Assembly: GCF_009914755.1 (NCBI RefSeq)
Contig: NC_060938.1
DNA: 64,000 bases
Strand: one strand, 5' to 3'
Source of the DNA: the human T2T-CHM13v2.0 reference genome, Homo sapiens
Shown piece after piece: positions 20,973 to 42,780 of the stretch. The translations under genes and the position numbers were made by a program. The notes below the pieces were generated by a model that worked only from the letters and a program-made list of their open reading frames with translations, was not told where the DNA came from and did no database searches. How positions within the stretch are numbered: the stretch's first letter is position 1; each line of letters starts with the position of its first letter.

Positions 20973-21033
20973 TGGGAGGCCCGCTGGAGTGGGAGGCCCG
21001 CTGGAGTGGGAGGCCCGCTGGAGTGGGAGGCCC
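20973..21033. repeat. 17-bp perfect minisatellite (TGGGAGGCCCGCTGGAG) x3.6
   Basis: Directly visible; units are identical. Confidence 0.95.
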
Positions 21034-21532
21034 TGATTCCTTCCCCAAAAACCTCGGGCTCTTGGCAGAGTCGTTTCCTCCCTGATTCGACCAGGGTTGA
21101 GTGCCATGGCCTCAGCACCAGAGGGACTCTTGCACTGGACTAGGTCCACGGGGACCCTCCCTGCCCCCGCCCTGCCCTGGGTCCTCCCTGGGCCCCCATC
21201 TGCTCCACTGCAGGGCACCCCTTCCCTTCCTCCTAGTCTTTCCCAGATGCCTGATGACTGCCTCACCCCCTCACTTCCTAGGAACAGTCCACCTGCTGCG
21301 TGAGGACTCTGGCCCCGCACGCCAGGGGAATGACTTTGTCTGAGGTCACCTGGAACCTCCCACTCAACAAATGCAGCTCGGGCCCTACCGGCCCCCATGG
21401 CCCTGAGGAGGGAATTAAAATGGGGCACTCCCGTCCTCAGGATGCTTTGCTCCATGTGCCAGAAGGCAGCCGTGACATACTGATTAGTTACAACACAGGT
21501 CTTTTACTATACACAGGCTAAGATGTCTGCCC

Positions 21533-21612
21533 TGTGCAGTGTCCCACCTGTGTAACCTTACAAGGCTGCCCCTTGTGCAGTGCACCACCTGTGTAACCTT
21601 ACAAGGCTGCCC
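21533..21612 (-). mobile_element. MER91-like (hAT-Tip100) end, tandemly duplicated (41 bp x2)
   Basis: The reverse complement AGGGCAGCCTTGTAAGGTTACACAGGTGGTGCACTGCACAA resembles the MER91 terminus as recalled. Confidence 0.55.
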
Positions 21613-21809
21613 TTTGCAGTCCTCCTCCTGCTCTTCCTTGTAAGTGTTGAAGCAGTTGCTCATTAACGGTGCAATTCGGATCGTATCAGTGCATGTTTGT
21701 CACTTGAGATGTGCAAAGATCCCTACGCTGTGCTCACCCAGTGCCCTGCCTGGCACCAAGTAGGACACCAATAACTGTAGAATGAGCAACATTGAAATGT
21801 AAATGAGAC

Positions 21810-22092
21810 TTTTTTTTTTTTGAGACAAGGTCTTGCTATGTCACCCAGGCTGGAGTGCAGTGGCGTGATCACTGCAACCTTGACGTCCTGTTCTCAAGAG
21901 ATCCTCCTGCCTCAGCCTCCCGAGTAGCTGAAACTAGGCACACGCCACCACACCTGGCTAATTTTCATATTATTTGTAGAGACGGGGTTTTGCCATGTTA
22001 CCCAGGCTGGTCTTGAACTCCTGGACTCAAGTGTTCACTCGCTTCAGCCTCCAGAAGTGCTGGGATTATGGGTGTGAGCCACTGTACCCAGC
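21810..22092 (-). mobile_element. AluJ-like
   Basis: Diverged antisense Alu. Confidence 0.9.
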
Positions 22093-23178
22093 ACTCGAAT
22101 AAGACTCTTGTTAAGAGATGTTTGGAACCAACCCCACCAGGGTGAATGGAAGACATAATATCTATCTATGCCTCAGAATGTGCAGGAAAGAGAACACTGA
22201 ATTGATTCCGCCAGCCCAGACTTTCTTCTCTTCTCTCTGTTGTCCATCACAACAACCTCACCCCACAAGACATCTCCACTCTCACCGCAAGACAGCAATG
22301 GCCACAAAGGGACCCACTTGGAGGACCTTGGCAGGATACTCCCCAGACATGCTGGCTGAGTCCTGCTCCAAACTCCGGCTTTTGGAGGTGATGAGCTCAC
22401 TGTCGTCCAGCGGGGCCAAGTTCCCCATCCTAAGTATAGATGAAGTTGCATTCTTGGAATATATATAAATCCTTATTTTGGGATGGGCCTATTGGTGTCA
22501 GCGTCTGATGTCTGTGTGATTTTTTTTTGACCTGCGTATCAGCAGGATGGTGACACACCAGGAAGGTCGTAAACTGGTCCGTGTCACTGTGAACAACACT
22601 GGCCTAAGAGAGGAAGAAAATGCATTTGGAAAGCCCAGCACTTGGAAATCCATCTGGTGGCGGGGAGCATGGAAAGGATCTGGTGGCCCCGAAGAGTCAC
22701 TCAAGGACACAACGGAGCCAAACACCCTTTTTCATTTATTTGGATAGGTGGAATTTAGTTTTAATTATTTAAGAGAATACTTCATGAGATATTTTCAAAG
22801 AGAAATGGGATCTTAATAATCTGGGGCTCATTACACTCCTAGGCCATGAAATCTTTATACATCTCTGCTGGAGGTGCAGAGCAGCAGCCGGGCCTGGAGG
22901 ACTGTGAACTTGGAGCGTGAGTGAGCAGAAGGTGGTGGCTGTGCTGTGTTAGAGGCTTCATTTCCTTGTCTGGGGTCCTGAGTTCAAGGGTGAGGCCACT
23001 TCCCAGGTGAAGTCACGGGAAGGAGCAATTCCAACAATGGCCATTGACAATGAGGAGAACGGAGGCAGGCTGGACACAGTCACCAGACTGCGAGAGCCGG
23101 CCTGAGGAGACTTGGAAACTGTCCTCCGCCAACCTGGCTGAATTTCACTCTTACTAAAGTTAACCCCACTCGAAGACT

Positions 23179-23188
23179 GGGGAATTCC
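23179..23188 (+). promoter_or_regulatory. Distal NF-kB consensus GGGGAATTCC
   Basis: Exact consensus in unique sequence; function unknown. Confidence 0.3.
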
Positions 23189-23719
23189 AGCACCTCAGGG
23201 GAGAGGCTGAGTTATTTTTGCAACCCCAAATTAAATGATGCATGGTCGCTGGCTGTGCATGCCACGGGGCTTGATTTCCATTCCCCTGATTCACTCTTCC
23301 CTCCTCCAGGGCGCTCAGGCTCATGGAAACTGAGGGAAGCTCAGGGCCCTGACGACCCACCAGGCCCTGGCCAGGACACTGCATCCTGCTGGAAAGGAAT
23401 GCCCCGTGAGGGGCTCACGGTGGATTTTTAATCCCTGTTCAGGTTCCCTGCCCTCACCCGAAAGGCCCCCACCCTTGAGCTCCCCCGGCAGCCCTGCATC
23501 TCTCTGGGGTCTTCCCAGGATGTGCTACAGAAGCCCCAAGCTGCACACGACCCAGCTCCTCACAGGCCTTTCTCCCAGACCCACTCTCCTTAGGCCCCCT
23601 GCCCTGGGTGTCTGGGCCAGCCAGACCGCTTGCAGCCTCAGCAACCCCCAACAGCCAGCTGATCATCAAATCCTGTCAATGACAGATCCTGAGCCCACCT
23701 CAGACCAACCCCTATGACC

Positions 23720-24132
23720 CACTTGCCAGTTGGAGTCCTGGCCTCTACTCAGACCCTTGACATCACTGTCCTCCGGTCTGACTGGTGGCCACAGTGGCCA
23801 CCCACTCTGCCTGCGCCTGCCTTGGTCCACACTACCAGGAGTTTCCTTCCTGAAGAGGATCCAAGGATCCCATCACACATCTCAGCAGCCTTTGCCTGGA
23901 CCCCTCCAGATAGGATTCAGACCTGCCCCTGACCTCCCTACTGGCCCTCTGTGTCCTGAGCACATGGCACCCTGGTATCTCTCTGCCACAGCCCATCTTG
24001 GGTCTGCTGCCTGAAGACCCCTCCTCTCCTCCCGAGCATGGAGGGCCCTGGGTGATCTTAAGAGGCGGCGGAAGCATTGCCTCCTTTCAGAGCCTTAGCA
24101 ACTTGATGGACGTTATGGAATAAATGAATGAG
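23720..24132 (+). mobile_element. L2 fragment(s)
   Basis: C-rich L2-like body ending in GGAATAAATGAATG. Confidence 0.5.
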
Positions 24133-24604
24133 TTCTTCTCCAAAAGAGGGAGCAGGGGTTCTGTGTTCCTTCTGTCCACCATCATCACGGAATCAGAGCA
24201 CATCTGAGATGGGGGGACACAGCAATCCTTTGCTCCTCTTCATTGATTACAGGGAAACTGAGGCAGAGGTGGAGCCAGCCCCTGGCCTCCTGACTCCCAG
24301 GACAGGCCAGAGGCTACGAGACCACAGCCTCCCGAAGGGGACTCCCAAACTGCAAGACCGGACCCTGGGCTCCCCATGGCTGGAGCAAATGCCTCTGTAT
24401 GTCCTCCCTCTGGAAATTCCTCCCCGAGGGACCCTCCGGAGAGAAGGATGTGACACTAACTCAGGACTCTCGAGGGTTCTTGGGGCACCTTTGAGAAGAG
24501 TCCAAGGCACTAAAATAGACTGGGTTCCCAGGAGTAAACAACCAAAAGGCTTAGTTAGACTCCTACTTGGAAAGTATGCCTACCTGTATCCCTATGCTGC
24601 TTAA

Positions 24605-25860
<1,256 letters not shown>

Positions 25861-26454
25861 GTGAGGCTGTCACCCATGTCCCCTCGCTTGTTCTGACAAA
25901 GGTTTTCATAAAAGAGCCACTTCTAGCCTGTCGTGGTGGGACCCTCAGATGTCCCTGTGCCCTCCAGCGTCTGGGCAACCTGAGGTTCTGGTAGGAGGAG
26001 AAGGCTACTTTGTAGAAGTCTGGAGGGCCTGGAAGAAGACATCTCTGCCCAGACAGTCCATTTAGTGTAGCTCGGGCCACCCCTTGCCATCCCGTGTCTA
26101 GCAGGTGGCCTGGTGAGTGTGGACTCGTCAGGAGCCGGGCCTCTCTTCCTGCTATCGCCCTCAGTCCAGCCGTGAGCTCAGCCACCACCTCACCAGTGCA
26201 CACATCGGCCAGACAGCCACCAGCATTGCCTGCCTTGGGTGCCATGGGGGTTTGGCCTGAACTCTTCACCAAGCGCGGCTCACGAAGGAGCTCACTTCAT
26301 CCTCACACCAGCCCCAGGCGTTGCTGACATCCAGAGCTGGGGAAAGGGCAGGACAGAGGTTGAAGGAAGTCACCCAGAGTCCCACAGCTGGAACGTGGGG
26401 GAGCTGGGATTCTAACCCAGGGCTCACACTGTCGCCCACACCCATCCAGGTGAA

Positions 26455-27635
<1,181 letters not shown>

Positions 27636-28984
27636 TGACAAAATGAAAGCGCATCTTTATTTAAGAGGCTATTGAGTGGCATCAGAGTGTCCTGAGCACT
27701 GGAGAGGGAGGTGGGAGTTGGAACTCTGATCTGGGCTGTACTGTGTGGTGACTATAGGACCTTGGTCAAAGGCCTTCTCTGAGTTGGTCACAATGACAAG
27801 GGGGCAGGAGTGGACAGGCCCAGCCCTTAGTGGATACTCGCATCCCCCAGCCCCTGGGGAAGGAGCTAAGGTTTTTCTGACACCTGTGCTGGGAGAGATG
27901 ATGATACCCATCTAGAGGGCAGAGAAGGAACAGGACGTGGGCCTGAGCCCTGGCTCCCTGCCAGAGCCTTCTGCTGCTCAGAGCCAGGAAGACAGCATTT
28001 TCCTGCTGTAATCGCCACCAATTTTCATTTGCACTTGAATGTCTACCCCGTTTTACTCTATTGTATCTCCTTAGACTTGAAAGTAAACCTTAGCTCATTC
28101 TAATGAAAGCCATGCAAAGCTCAGCCAGAAATTTAATCGTATTTACTAAGAAGCTAATAAATATTTACTACAAAATTCATTGCTCCGTAAAATTGAAGAC
28201 AACACTTTCTGCATGCTTTTTCAGCTGTGAGGCCAGGCTGGGGAAGAGGGGGAGACAGTCTGGGAAGGAGAGAGGAAGGATCCGACTTGTTTCCTTGTTA
28301 GAGCTAAACTGTGGTCTTCCCTCCAATGTTTTCTGCAATGGGAACCCATCACTTGCCATGACTTTGATCTGAGCTTGATCGTTTTATTCAGAAGGAAAGC
28401 TTTCCTACAAGCAATTCATTTCCGTTGCATTTCCAAACCAGATCTATTTGATTATGCATGGGAAGCTTACAACATTTTCCACTGAGACGGTTTTTGAATT
28501 AACTGAAAACTTAGCTGTTTCATAATTTCTGAATTGTAGATTTTTGGCTCCCCTTCTTGGTCTCATAACTCCATCGATGGGTCTTTTTAAATCTGAAATT
28601 TGCCATAGGCTGAGTCCTCAAAGAAAGATATATACCCTTGACATTTGAAAGAAATTAATGGAAAATCACTAAATCCCTTCAAATGCTACATCGAAATGTA
28701 GTTACAACTCTTTCCTCAGGCCCAGTGAGGATTGAATCATAGCAAAATCTTCATGTTTAATATTGAAATTTTATCCAGGAGACCCCCCCCAAAAAAATGC
28801 CTTGCAACGGGCAGCTCAGCATTTCCCAGACCTGCTGGGAGCGCTCTCTGGCTCTAACTTGGAGCTGTGGCAACTGGAAGATGAACCCGTGAACCTGGCT
28901 TTTCCCAAACTGCAAGTCTAAGGCTCCAGAGAAGTCAGAGCCCCAAGGGCTAAAGCATGAGCCATGGTTGGGGGTTCTCTGGAA

Positions 28985-29200
28985 ACACACCAACAGCTGC
29001 TTCCCATTTGCCTCCAGAATCTTCAGGAGCTCAGAGCCTCTCAGTGTGTGTGTCACACCTGCTCACGTGCCGTTGGCTGAAGCAAGTGACATGGCTGGGC
29101 CCAAACGGAAGGAGTGGGGAGCAGATCCTCTCCGTAGAAGGAACAAAGTCAGATGCCAAGGGGCACGGGCGCAGAGATAGGAGGACGGTGCACCACCCTG
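28985..29200 (-). mobile_element. MLT1 LTR fragment
   Basis: GTCACACCTGCTCACGTGCCGTTGGCTGAAGCAAGTGACATGGCT, an MLT1-like motif. Confidence 0.55.
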
Positions 29201-29624
29201 CAGTCCGCACTGAGCCCTGCCAGCACCACATTCATGGGCTGCTGCACCCATTCCCTAACCGTGGTGAGTGCGGGCTGTTGACAGCACGCCCGCCTCCTTT
29301 TCAGAGCACGGCCTTGGCTGACAGGAGCCACACATCCTGGCTGTGCTCTTCCTCACTGCCTGGGAGTCACAGCCGATGGCTGGCCGGGCCCCCTTTCTTC
29401 AAGGCGGGGCAAAGCAGTGGTGTGGGCTGTGGTCCAGAGAGCACCTGACTTGAGCCTACACCCTTGCTCGGCTCTTTCCCCTTCCCCGTGCCGCTGTCTT
29501 CCCTCCCTCCCAGGCGTTTATTGAAGAGCCTTCCCTCAATAAGCCACGCGCCCTGAATCCCTGCTCCAGCTCCACTTCCCGGGACCTCCAGGGCCAAGGC
29601 GGTGCTTTCCAAGGGTGGTCCATG

Positions 29625-30015
29625 GTGTTTCCTGCCCAGCACGCTTTTCGACACTGCGGTCTGACGCTCCTTCTGAGATAGGGGAGGTCTGTGTCCCCTC
29701 CCCTTGAGTCTGGGCAGGCAGGTGACTTGCTTGTAGCCAGTGGGGTATGGCAGAAGTGACACTATGTGACGTCCGATGGTGGTCGTCAGTGTGGCACAGG
29801 AACACCTGCTCTCAAAGCTGCCAGACTGCCTGCCTGCTGCGAGGAGGCCGGGGGCACCCCTGTGGGCACACGCCTGGCCAGCCCCACACTAGTCAACTCC
29901 AGCCGTTGTCCGAAGGCAACTGCAGGACAGACTCCAGCTAAACCTTGCCCGAGTTCCTGACCCCCAGAAATCTGGAGAAAATAAAAAAAAGATCGTTGTT
30001 ATTTAAGCCACTAGG

Positions 30016-30020
<5 letters not shown>
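29625..30020 (+). mobile_element. MLT1 (E/F/G-like) LTR
   Basis: CCCTCCCCTTGAGTCTGGGCAGG...GGCAGAAGTGACACTATGTGAC...TTCCTGACCCCCAGAAA...TTAAGCCACTAGGTTTTG. Confidence 0.75.
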
Positions 30021-30336
<316 letters not shown>

Positions 30337-30619
30337 GAATGGTCTTTTTTCTCTGTTGGAAACCCTGGAAGCCTGCCCATTTCCAGAGGGCCTGAGGTGT
30401 CTCTGGGTCTCCTCTCAGACTTCTGCATCTCCAACCTGCTGGAGCAGGCCCACACCCTGGGCTGTGTGTCTCTGAAAGAGGAGCTGGAGTTTCAAGGACT
30501 AGGAGAGTGGGGAGGGGCCAGGAAACACGTGGCCCTGCAGTCAGAGCTCTCAGGAGTTGGGATTCTGTGTAGAGATGTTGGTGTTTATTCCCAGCCCTCA
30601 GGGGCTGCCCACTCTTCAG

Positions 30620-30900
30620 TCTTTGGGGGGAGGCTGAGGATGGTGAGCAGGTTGGGGGAGGAAGGGGGAAGCATGAGCAGGGTTGGGGACTGGTGGGGAA
30701 GGAATAGAGTGGTAGGGAATGGCAGGCATGGGGGGAATTGCAAGGGGGTTGTAGGGAGAATAAGGGAGGATGGTGGGGGAACTGGTTGGGGGAATGGGGG
30801 TAGAATAGGAGGATGGGGAGGGATGGGGGAAATGCTGGGGGGGAATGGTGGCAGGTATAAGGGGATGGGAGGGGTGGGTAGAGTCAGGGAATGGCTTGGA
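30620..30900 (+). repeat. G-rich purine low-complexity tract
   Basis: Dense GGG+ runs separated by short A/T spacers. Confidence 0.85.
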
Positions 30901-31001
30901 GGAAATTCCAGCACTTTTGAAATTTTCCCAACTTCAATGCATCTAAATGATGCTACTGGATTTTGCCTCGTTATGAAAAGCATTAGAAGTTGTATGTTTA
31001 G

Positions 31002-31382
<381 letters not shown>

Positions 31383-31611
31383 TTAGGGTTTCAGGTCCTT
31401 TGACTACCCACTGGCAGCTGGACACCCATTCAAGGGCAAAAAACCCCACAACCCACAGTTCTGAAAACAACGTCAGCGAATTCATGGCTGCCCCTCTTCA
31501 GAGTCCACGCAGAGGGTTATGAAGCCTGGGTGCAGTGAAGTTAAAGAGGTGGGGAGGAAAGGGGGCCACCGGCTCACATGTGTGGGGTTCACAGGAGGGC
31601 AGTGGCAATGA

Positions 31612-32009
<398 letters not shown>

Positions 32010-32099
32010 ACGAACGAATATTTCAAAGACACACAGCAGACGTTACTCTTGATGGGTCCCAGAGCAAGCTCGATTCTTACTCATCCTTAAGAATGGTGA

Positions 32100-32457
<358 letters not shown>

Positions 32458-33304
32458 TAACCCTATCCTAACTTTTGTTTTCTTTTGGGAATCAGGAGAT
32501 GTCACATTTACCCAAATGAGTGCTAGGAAGAGGCATCCAAGTTCCACTTCCTAATTACCCTGGGAACTTGAGACAGCACACGCGTATTCAAATCATTTCC
32601 CCAGGGAGGACCAAGGCAGGGGGAGGCCCGGGGATGAATGTCATCCTTTCTGGGGGTGACCTGGAAGTGGCTGCTCAGAGAACTTCTGTTCTGGGGTGTT
32701 GGCTGCACAGTTCCGGCATTTGTAGTTGCAGAATGAGGTGCCCTAGTAGAAGAGCAAAATCCCCAAACGAAAGTTAGAGCATCCGATTTTGGTTCCTTAA
32801 CCATCTGCAGGGAAATTTTGTAGTTTGCCACATACTCAAAAAGAAACAGCAAGGGAGGAAAGGCGATTTCCCGTGACCAAGCCGTCAGGGACAGCCACTC
32901 CAGGCTTCCTCCTGAGTGCTCAAGGGCCCAACCTGGCAGGGCCTTACCCTCCTCCAGCAGCTTCCTGGGGTGGCCTCACGCGAGCCTGGTGACTGACTCT
33001 TAAACAGACTGGTGCCTACATGATACCCCAAAAGAGGGGATGTGTGTCACCCCAGAGGCATAGGAATGAGCCCAAGACACCTGGGCCGGGGGCCACAGGG
33101 TCGGCAGAGAGCCCAGGTGGATGCTCACTCCAGTTCTTGGTCCCTTTAATCATGGCCTAAGGCTCCCTATGCTTCTGGAAGGAGACCTTAGCTTCCGGAA
33201 GGATAGCTGGTGTTCAGCAAACTCTTGTTAAACTGATGAAGCAGGGTTATTTCCATAGCTTGCTAATTCCAAAGAGAGTAATTATTTACTTAAAGAAGCT
33301 CTTA

Positions 33305-33613
<309 letters not shown>

Positions 33614-33680
33614 TCATTTCAATGGTGAATGCCCCCTGTGACATGAGTTGATTTGGGTACCTTTAGAAAATAGTGGAGGA

Positions 33681-33964
33681 AGCTGGGTGCAGTGGCTCCC
33701 GCCTGTAATCCTAGCACTCTGGGAGGCCGAGGTGGGCAGATTGGTTAAGCCCAGAAGTTCGAGACCAGCCTGGGCAACATGGTAAAACCCCATCTCTACA
33801 AAAAAAATACAAAAATTAGCCAGGTGTGGTGGCACACGGCCACCTGTAGTCTCAGCTACTTGATAGGCTGAGATGGGAGGATCGGCTGAGCTTAGGAGGT
33901 CGAGGCTGCAGTGGGTCACGATCGTGCCACTATACTCCAGTCTGAGTGACGATGAGGCCCCATC

Positions 33965-33997
<33 letters not shown>

Positions 33998-34371
33998 CCG
34001 GGCGCGGTGGCTCATTCCTGTAATCCCAGCACTTTGGGAGGCCAAGGCGGGTGATCACGAGGTCAGGAGTTCAAGACCAGCCTGGCCAAGATGGTGAATC
34101 CCTGTCTTTACTAAAAATACAAAAAATTAGCCGGGCATGGTGGCAGGCGCCTGTAATCCCAGCTACTCAGGAGGCTGAGGCAAAGAATTGCTTGAACCTG
34201 GGAGGCAGAGGTTGCAGTGAGCCAAGATTGCGCCACTGCACTCCCGCCTTGGCGACAGAGTGAGACTCTGTCAAGGAAAGAAAGAAAGAAGAAAGGAAGG
34301 AAGGAAGGAAGGAAGAAAGAAAGAGAAAGGAAGGGAAGGGAAAAGAAAGAAAAGAAAAGAAAAAAAAAAAG
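33681..34371 (+). mobile_element. AluJ followed by AluS with (GAAA/GGAA)n tail
   Basis: Two sense Alus in tandem. Confidence 0.9.
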
Positions 34372-34937
34372 AGGGAAATTGAAAGTTGGTAGTTATGGAA
34401 AATCACCTACATTGCAATCATGCACGGGATTTAACGTCTTAAAACAACTAATTTACCACAGAGGTGCAATGAGACCCCGAATTTGTGAATCCACTGATTT
34501 TTTAAATTCTTGCTACCCAAGACAGAGAACACAGGGGATCTCTGTGTTATGGGGCTCATCAGACCCCTTTATTTAGCCTTCAGATGGGAAGCCCCACCCC
34601 ACCCTGCCCTGGAAGAGCCGCCTTCTTGGGGAGTTGCTTTCATGGACCCAGCTCCAGGGAAGATGGGTGGCCTGGATTCCTTCATTGCTACTCACCCAAC
34701 TCAGCCCTCCAGGACCTCTCAAGGCCTTACGGCACCCCCGAGTTTGGAAATTCTACTTGTAATTGGGTTTATTAATTAGAGTTCATGCTTCAGGTGAATA
34801 AGACACAAATACAATTGGGCTGCCCCACACATAACCTGGGTAAGAAGAACAAAGTCAGAGTTGGTCATTGAAACAACTCCCAGAGACAAACAGCAGCAGG
34901 GGTTGAGAGTGGATTCTTTTTTGGGGTAGGGGCAGGG

Positions 34938-36533
<1,596 letters not shown>

Positions 36534-37080
36534 TAATTATGTGGGGGTAGATATCATTTTTACCCATGGCAACTGATCATGGAGCCCAGAGTTAAACCAC
36601 CTTTCACATACTGAGGAAAGACGGGCTGATCCTTCCACAGTATTACAGTGACAGCTTCCAAAAGACCGCCCTGTGCCTTTCTTCTGGATTATCATGGCAC
36701 CCCCCAGGACACGTTGGCCTCGTTGTCCTCACCAGCACTGGCTGTCTTCTCGAAGCTCCCTTGGGGTAGGGCAGGCTAACTTATTTCCGCTGTACAAAAG
36801 GGGAAACCCTGGGTCAGGAGGTACAGAAGTGCCTTCCTAAGAGCATATGGTTAGTCATGAGTTGAGTTCTGCTTTTTCGATTTCTGGTGGAGAATTCTCT
36901 TGCTCTAGTGATTCCTCATGGGTTCATTTTTCCTAGGGAGCTCATCACCATTATTTTTTGGGGGGCCTCTTGGCAAGAAGAGCTGGGGGCTTGTCCTCTG
37001 GTGTCCTCCATGCTCCAGGCACGAAGCCACTGTGCCAGGCCAGGGGCCCATTTGGGGGTGAATATCACGGGTTTATCATG

Positions 37081-37467
37081 AATTTGCCTGAAGTTCAACA
37101 GATATTTATTGGCTGGAAGAAAGTGGAGATTAACTAGAAGGTTACTTTTGATAGAATACAAGCTGTCAATCAAACTTTACAGTGGCCGCCCCCTCTCAGA
37201 GTAAAACCAAAGTCCTGTCAGGACCCAAAAAGCCATGGATGTCCGGCTCCCGACACCCCTACCCCACCCTGGTGTCTATCCTTCGCGCCTCTCTCCCCGC
37301 GCACAGGCTGCAGGCACACTGGCCTCGAGGAGTGCTCACCAATTTCAGGGCCTCTGGCCAGGCTGTTCCCTCCGCCTGGGCGCTCTCCCCACTGGTCCTG
37401 CGGGTCTGCCCCCTTCTCTCAGGTCTACATTCACAGGGTACCTCCTCCACTGCCCTCCCTGGCCTCT
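37081..37467 (+). repeat. Local direct duplication, copy 1 (contains L2-like sequence)
   Basis: Collinear with 38772-39151. Confidence 0.92.
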
Positions 37468-37927
37468 TGGAAATGCACTCTTTGTCCAGAATCACCCCTC
37501 TTGGCTCTGACTGGAAGGAAGAGGGGAGAAGGCACACAGATACCTGGGGAGGAGTGTTCTGGGCAGAGGGAACAGCAGGTGCCAGGGCTGTGAGGAGCGA
37601 ATCAGCGTGGGTGCACTAAGACTTCCTGGAGGCCAGTGTGCTGGAGCAGGTGATCGAGGGGAAGCACAGGGCCTGAGGTGACCATCACGGTCCCCATGGC
37701 TCTTCCGGGGACTCCACCACTGCGAGCAGCTCAGCCAAAGCTGCCCTTTGGGAACAGCAGTGACGTGGCCAGAGCCACCTTGGCACACAGACCATGCTCC
37801 GTGAGTGCCACGTGCCGTTTTCTCTCCACTGGTTCCGAAGTGGAGTTTTTAAAAAAGGACTAGAGATGTTTCTATGGCATTTGGAATTGACATTGAACAA
37901 ACCTAATATGTATCCATTTAAAAACTA

Positions 37928-38440
<513 letters not shown>

Positions 38441-38771
38441 AGATCAATAGGCCCTGCCTATTGGGCACCCACCATCACTTCTGTGGCAGCCACCAGATGA
38501 AGGGCGATGCCCCATCGCCCCCTTGCTCTGCCTCAGGGGCGGAGGCACCTAATGGTTTCCAGTGTTTGGTGTTATTCCTCTTGAAGAGTCCCAGATGTGG
38601 GGTCACTGGGTTGAGAGGGATTCGCCTCTGTTTTGAGCACTCAGGACGCTTGTGTTATCAGTTGCTGTCCACAGCTGCGTGCCGATTTTCACTCCCCCAG
38701 CTCCCACTTGCTGGAACCGAGAGTCAACTGTGGTCTGTTCATGACACAAGATAATGTCCCATGGTGGTTCA

Positions 38772-39151
38772 AATTTGCCTGATGTTCAACAGATGTTTAT
38801 TGGCTGGAAGAAAGTGAAGATCAAATATGAGGTAGTTTTGATAGAATACAAGCTGTCAATCAAACTTTACAGTGGGTGCCCCATCTCAGACTAAAGTCCT
38901 GTCAGGACCCAAAAGGCCATGGATGTCCGGCTCCCCATGCCCCTACCCCACCCTCGTGTCTATCCTTCACGCCTCTCTCCCTGCGCATGGGCTGCAGGCA
39001 CATTGGCCTCGCGGAGTGCTCACCGACTACGGGGCCTCTGGCCGGGCCGTTCCCTCTGCCTGGGTGCTCTCCCCGCTGGTCCTGTGGGTCCGCCTCCTTC
39101 TCTCGGGTCTACATTCACAGGACACCTCCTCTGCCGCCTTCCCTGGCCTCT
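38772..39151 (+). repeat. Local direct duplication, copy 2
   Basis: Collinear with 37081-37467, e.g. identical TTTTGATAGAATACAAGCTGTCAATCAAACTTTACAGTGG. Confidence 0.92.
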
Positions 39152-39924
39152 CCCTCCAAGCCTCCGCTCTCCCTCCCCTGCCACTACTTTCTCTGTAGCT
39201 CTCATAGATTCACGTGTGGTGATCTGTTCTATCTCCACCCACGAGAAAGTAAGCTCCGAAAGGCCAGGCATGCAGTTGGTTTTGTGCTGGTGGACAGCTG
39301 GGGGGTGGGGCATGCCCAGCAAGCAGCTCTGGACTGAATAAGCACGGGGAAGGTGGGAGGGGTCGCTTCCGTCCCGCAGCCTGTGACCCTGCAGACTTGT
39401 CCTCAGCCTCGGGGGATGAGGGAGGGTACCGCATCTGCCCCTGTTCATGGTGGGATGCATAGTGCAATGTTGACAAATTAGATAATTTCTGTACTTTTCA
39501 AACATTTTGTTTCATTAATCCAAGACTTAATTTGGACCCAATAATTTCCCCCCTCCTAATTTCCAGTGTGCAGGGAGGACCAGGGCTCACTTCCTTGGCT
39601 GTTGCCACATGCGACGAGTTGGGCCCTCCAAGGGCCCACCAACCACTGGCTTTGCTGGCTGAGTGGAGCAGGCTGCTGAGGGCTGGGGCTGAGTTGCTCG
39701 GGATTAGGTTGGGGTTGGGGGCCACAGAGGGGCCATTCTGAGCCTGCAGGTCGGGGACAGTGATGAGACAGAGCGGTGCGGCCTCTGAGTGGGATTTTAA
39801 GGAAGGCATGAGGTGTTCACAGTGGGCTTCGTGAGTTTTGCTTCATCCCGATCCTCTTCCCGGTCTCCCATGATGCCTTCAGCAGAAGATGCTTTTTCTT
39901 AGGAGTATGATGGAGTTGGATCTA

Positions 39925-40377
<453 letters not shown>

Positions 40378-40466
40378 TCATGTTCTCCCAAAAGATTTCG
40401 GGAAAATGCCAGAGATGTGTGTGTGTGTGCGTGTGCGTGCATACAAATCCCAGAATGGGTTCCCTA

Positions 40467-41295
<829 letters not shown>

Positions 41296-41298
41296 TAG

Positions 41299-42780
<1,482 letters not shown>

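Noticed and set aside
20973-21612. Short direct repeats as a CRISPR-like array
   Set aside because: No unique spacers, only 2-4 copies, and a eukaryotic context.
22100-23160. Unique sequence that looked like a possible exon or processed pseudogene
   Set aside because: No translation resembles a known protein, and there is no poly-A or TSD.
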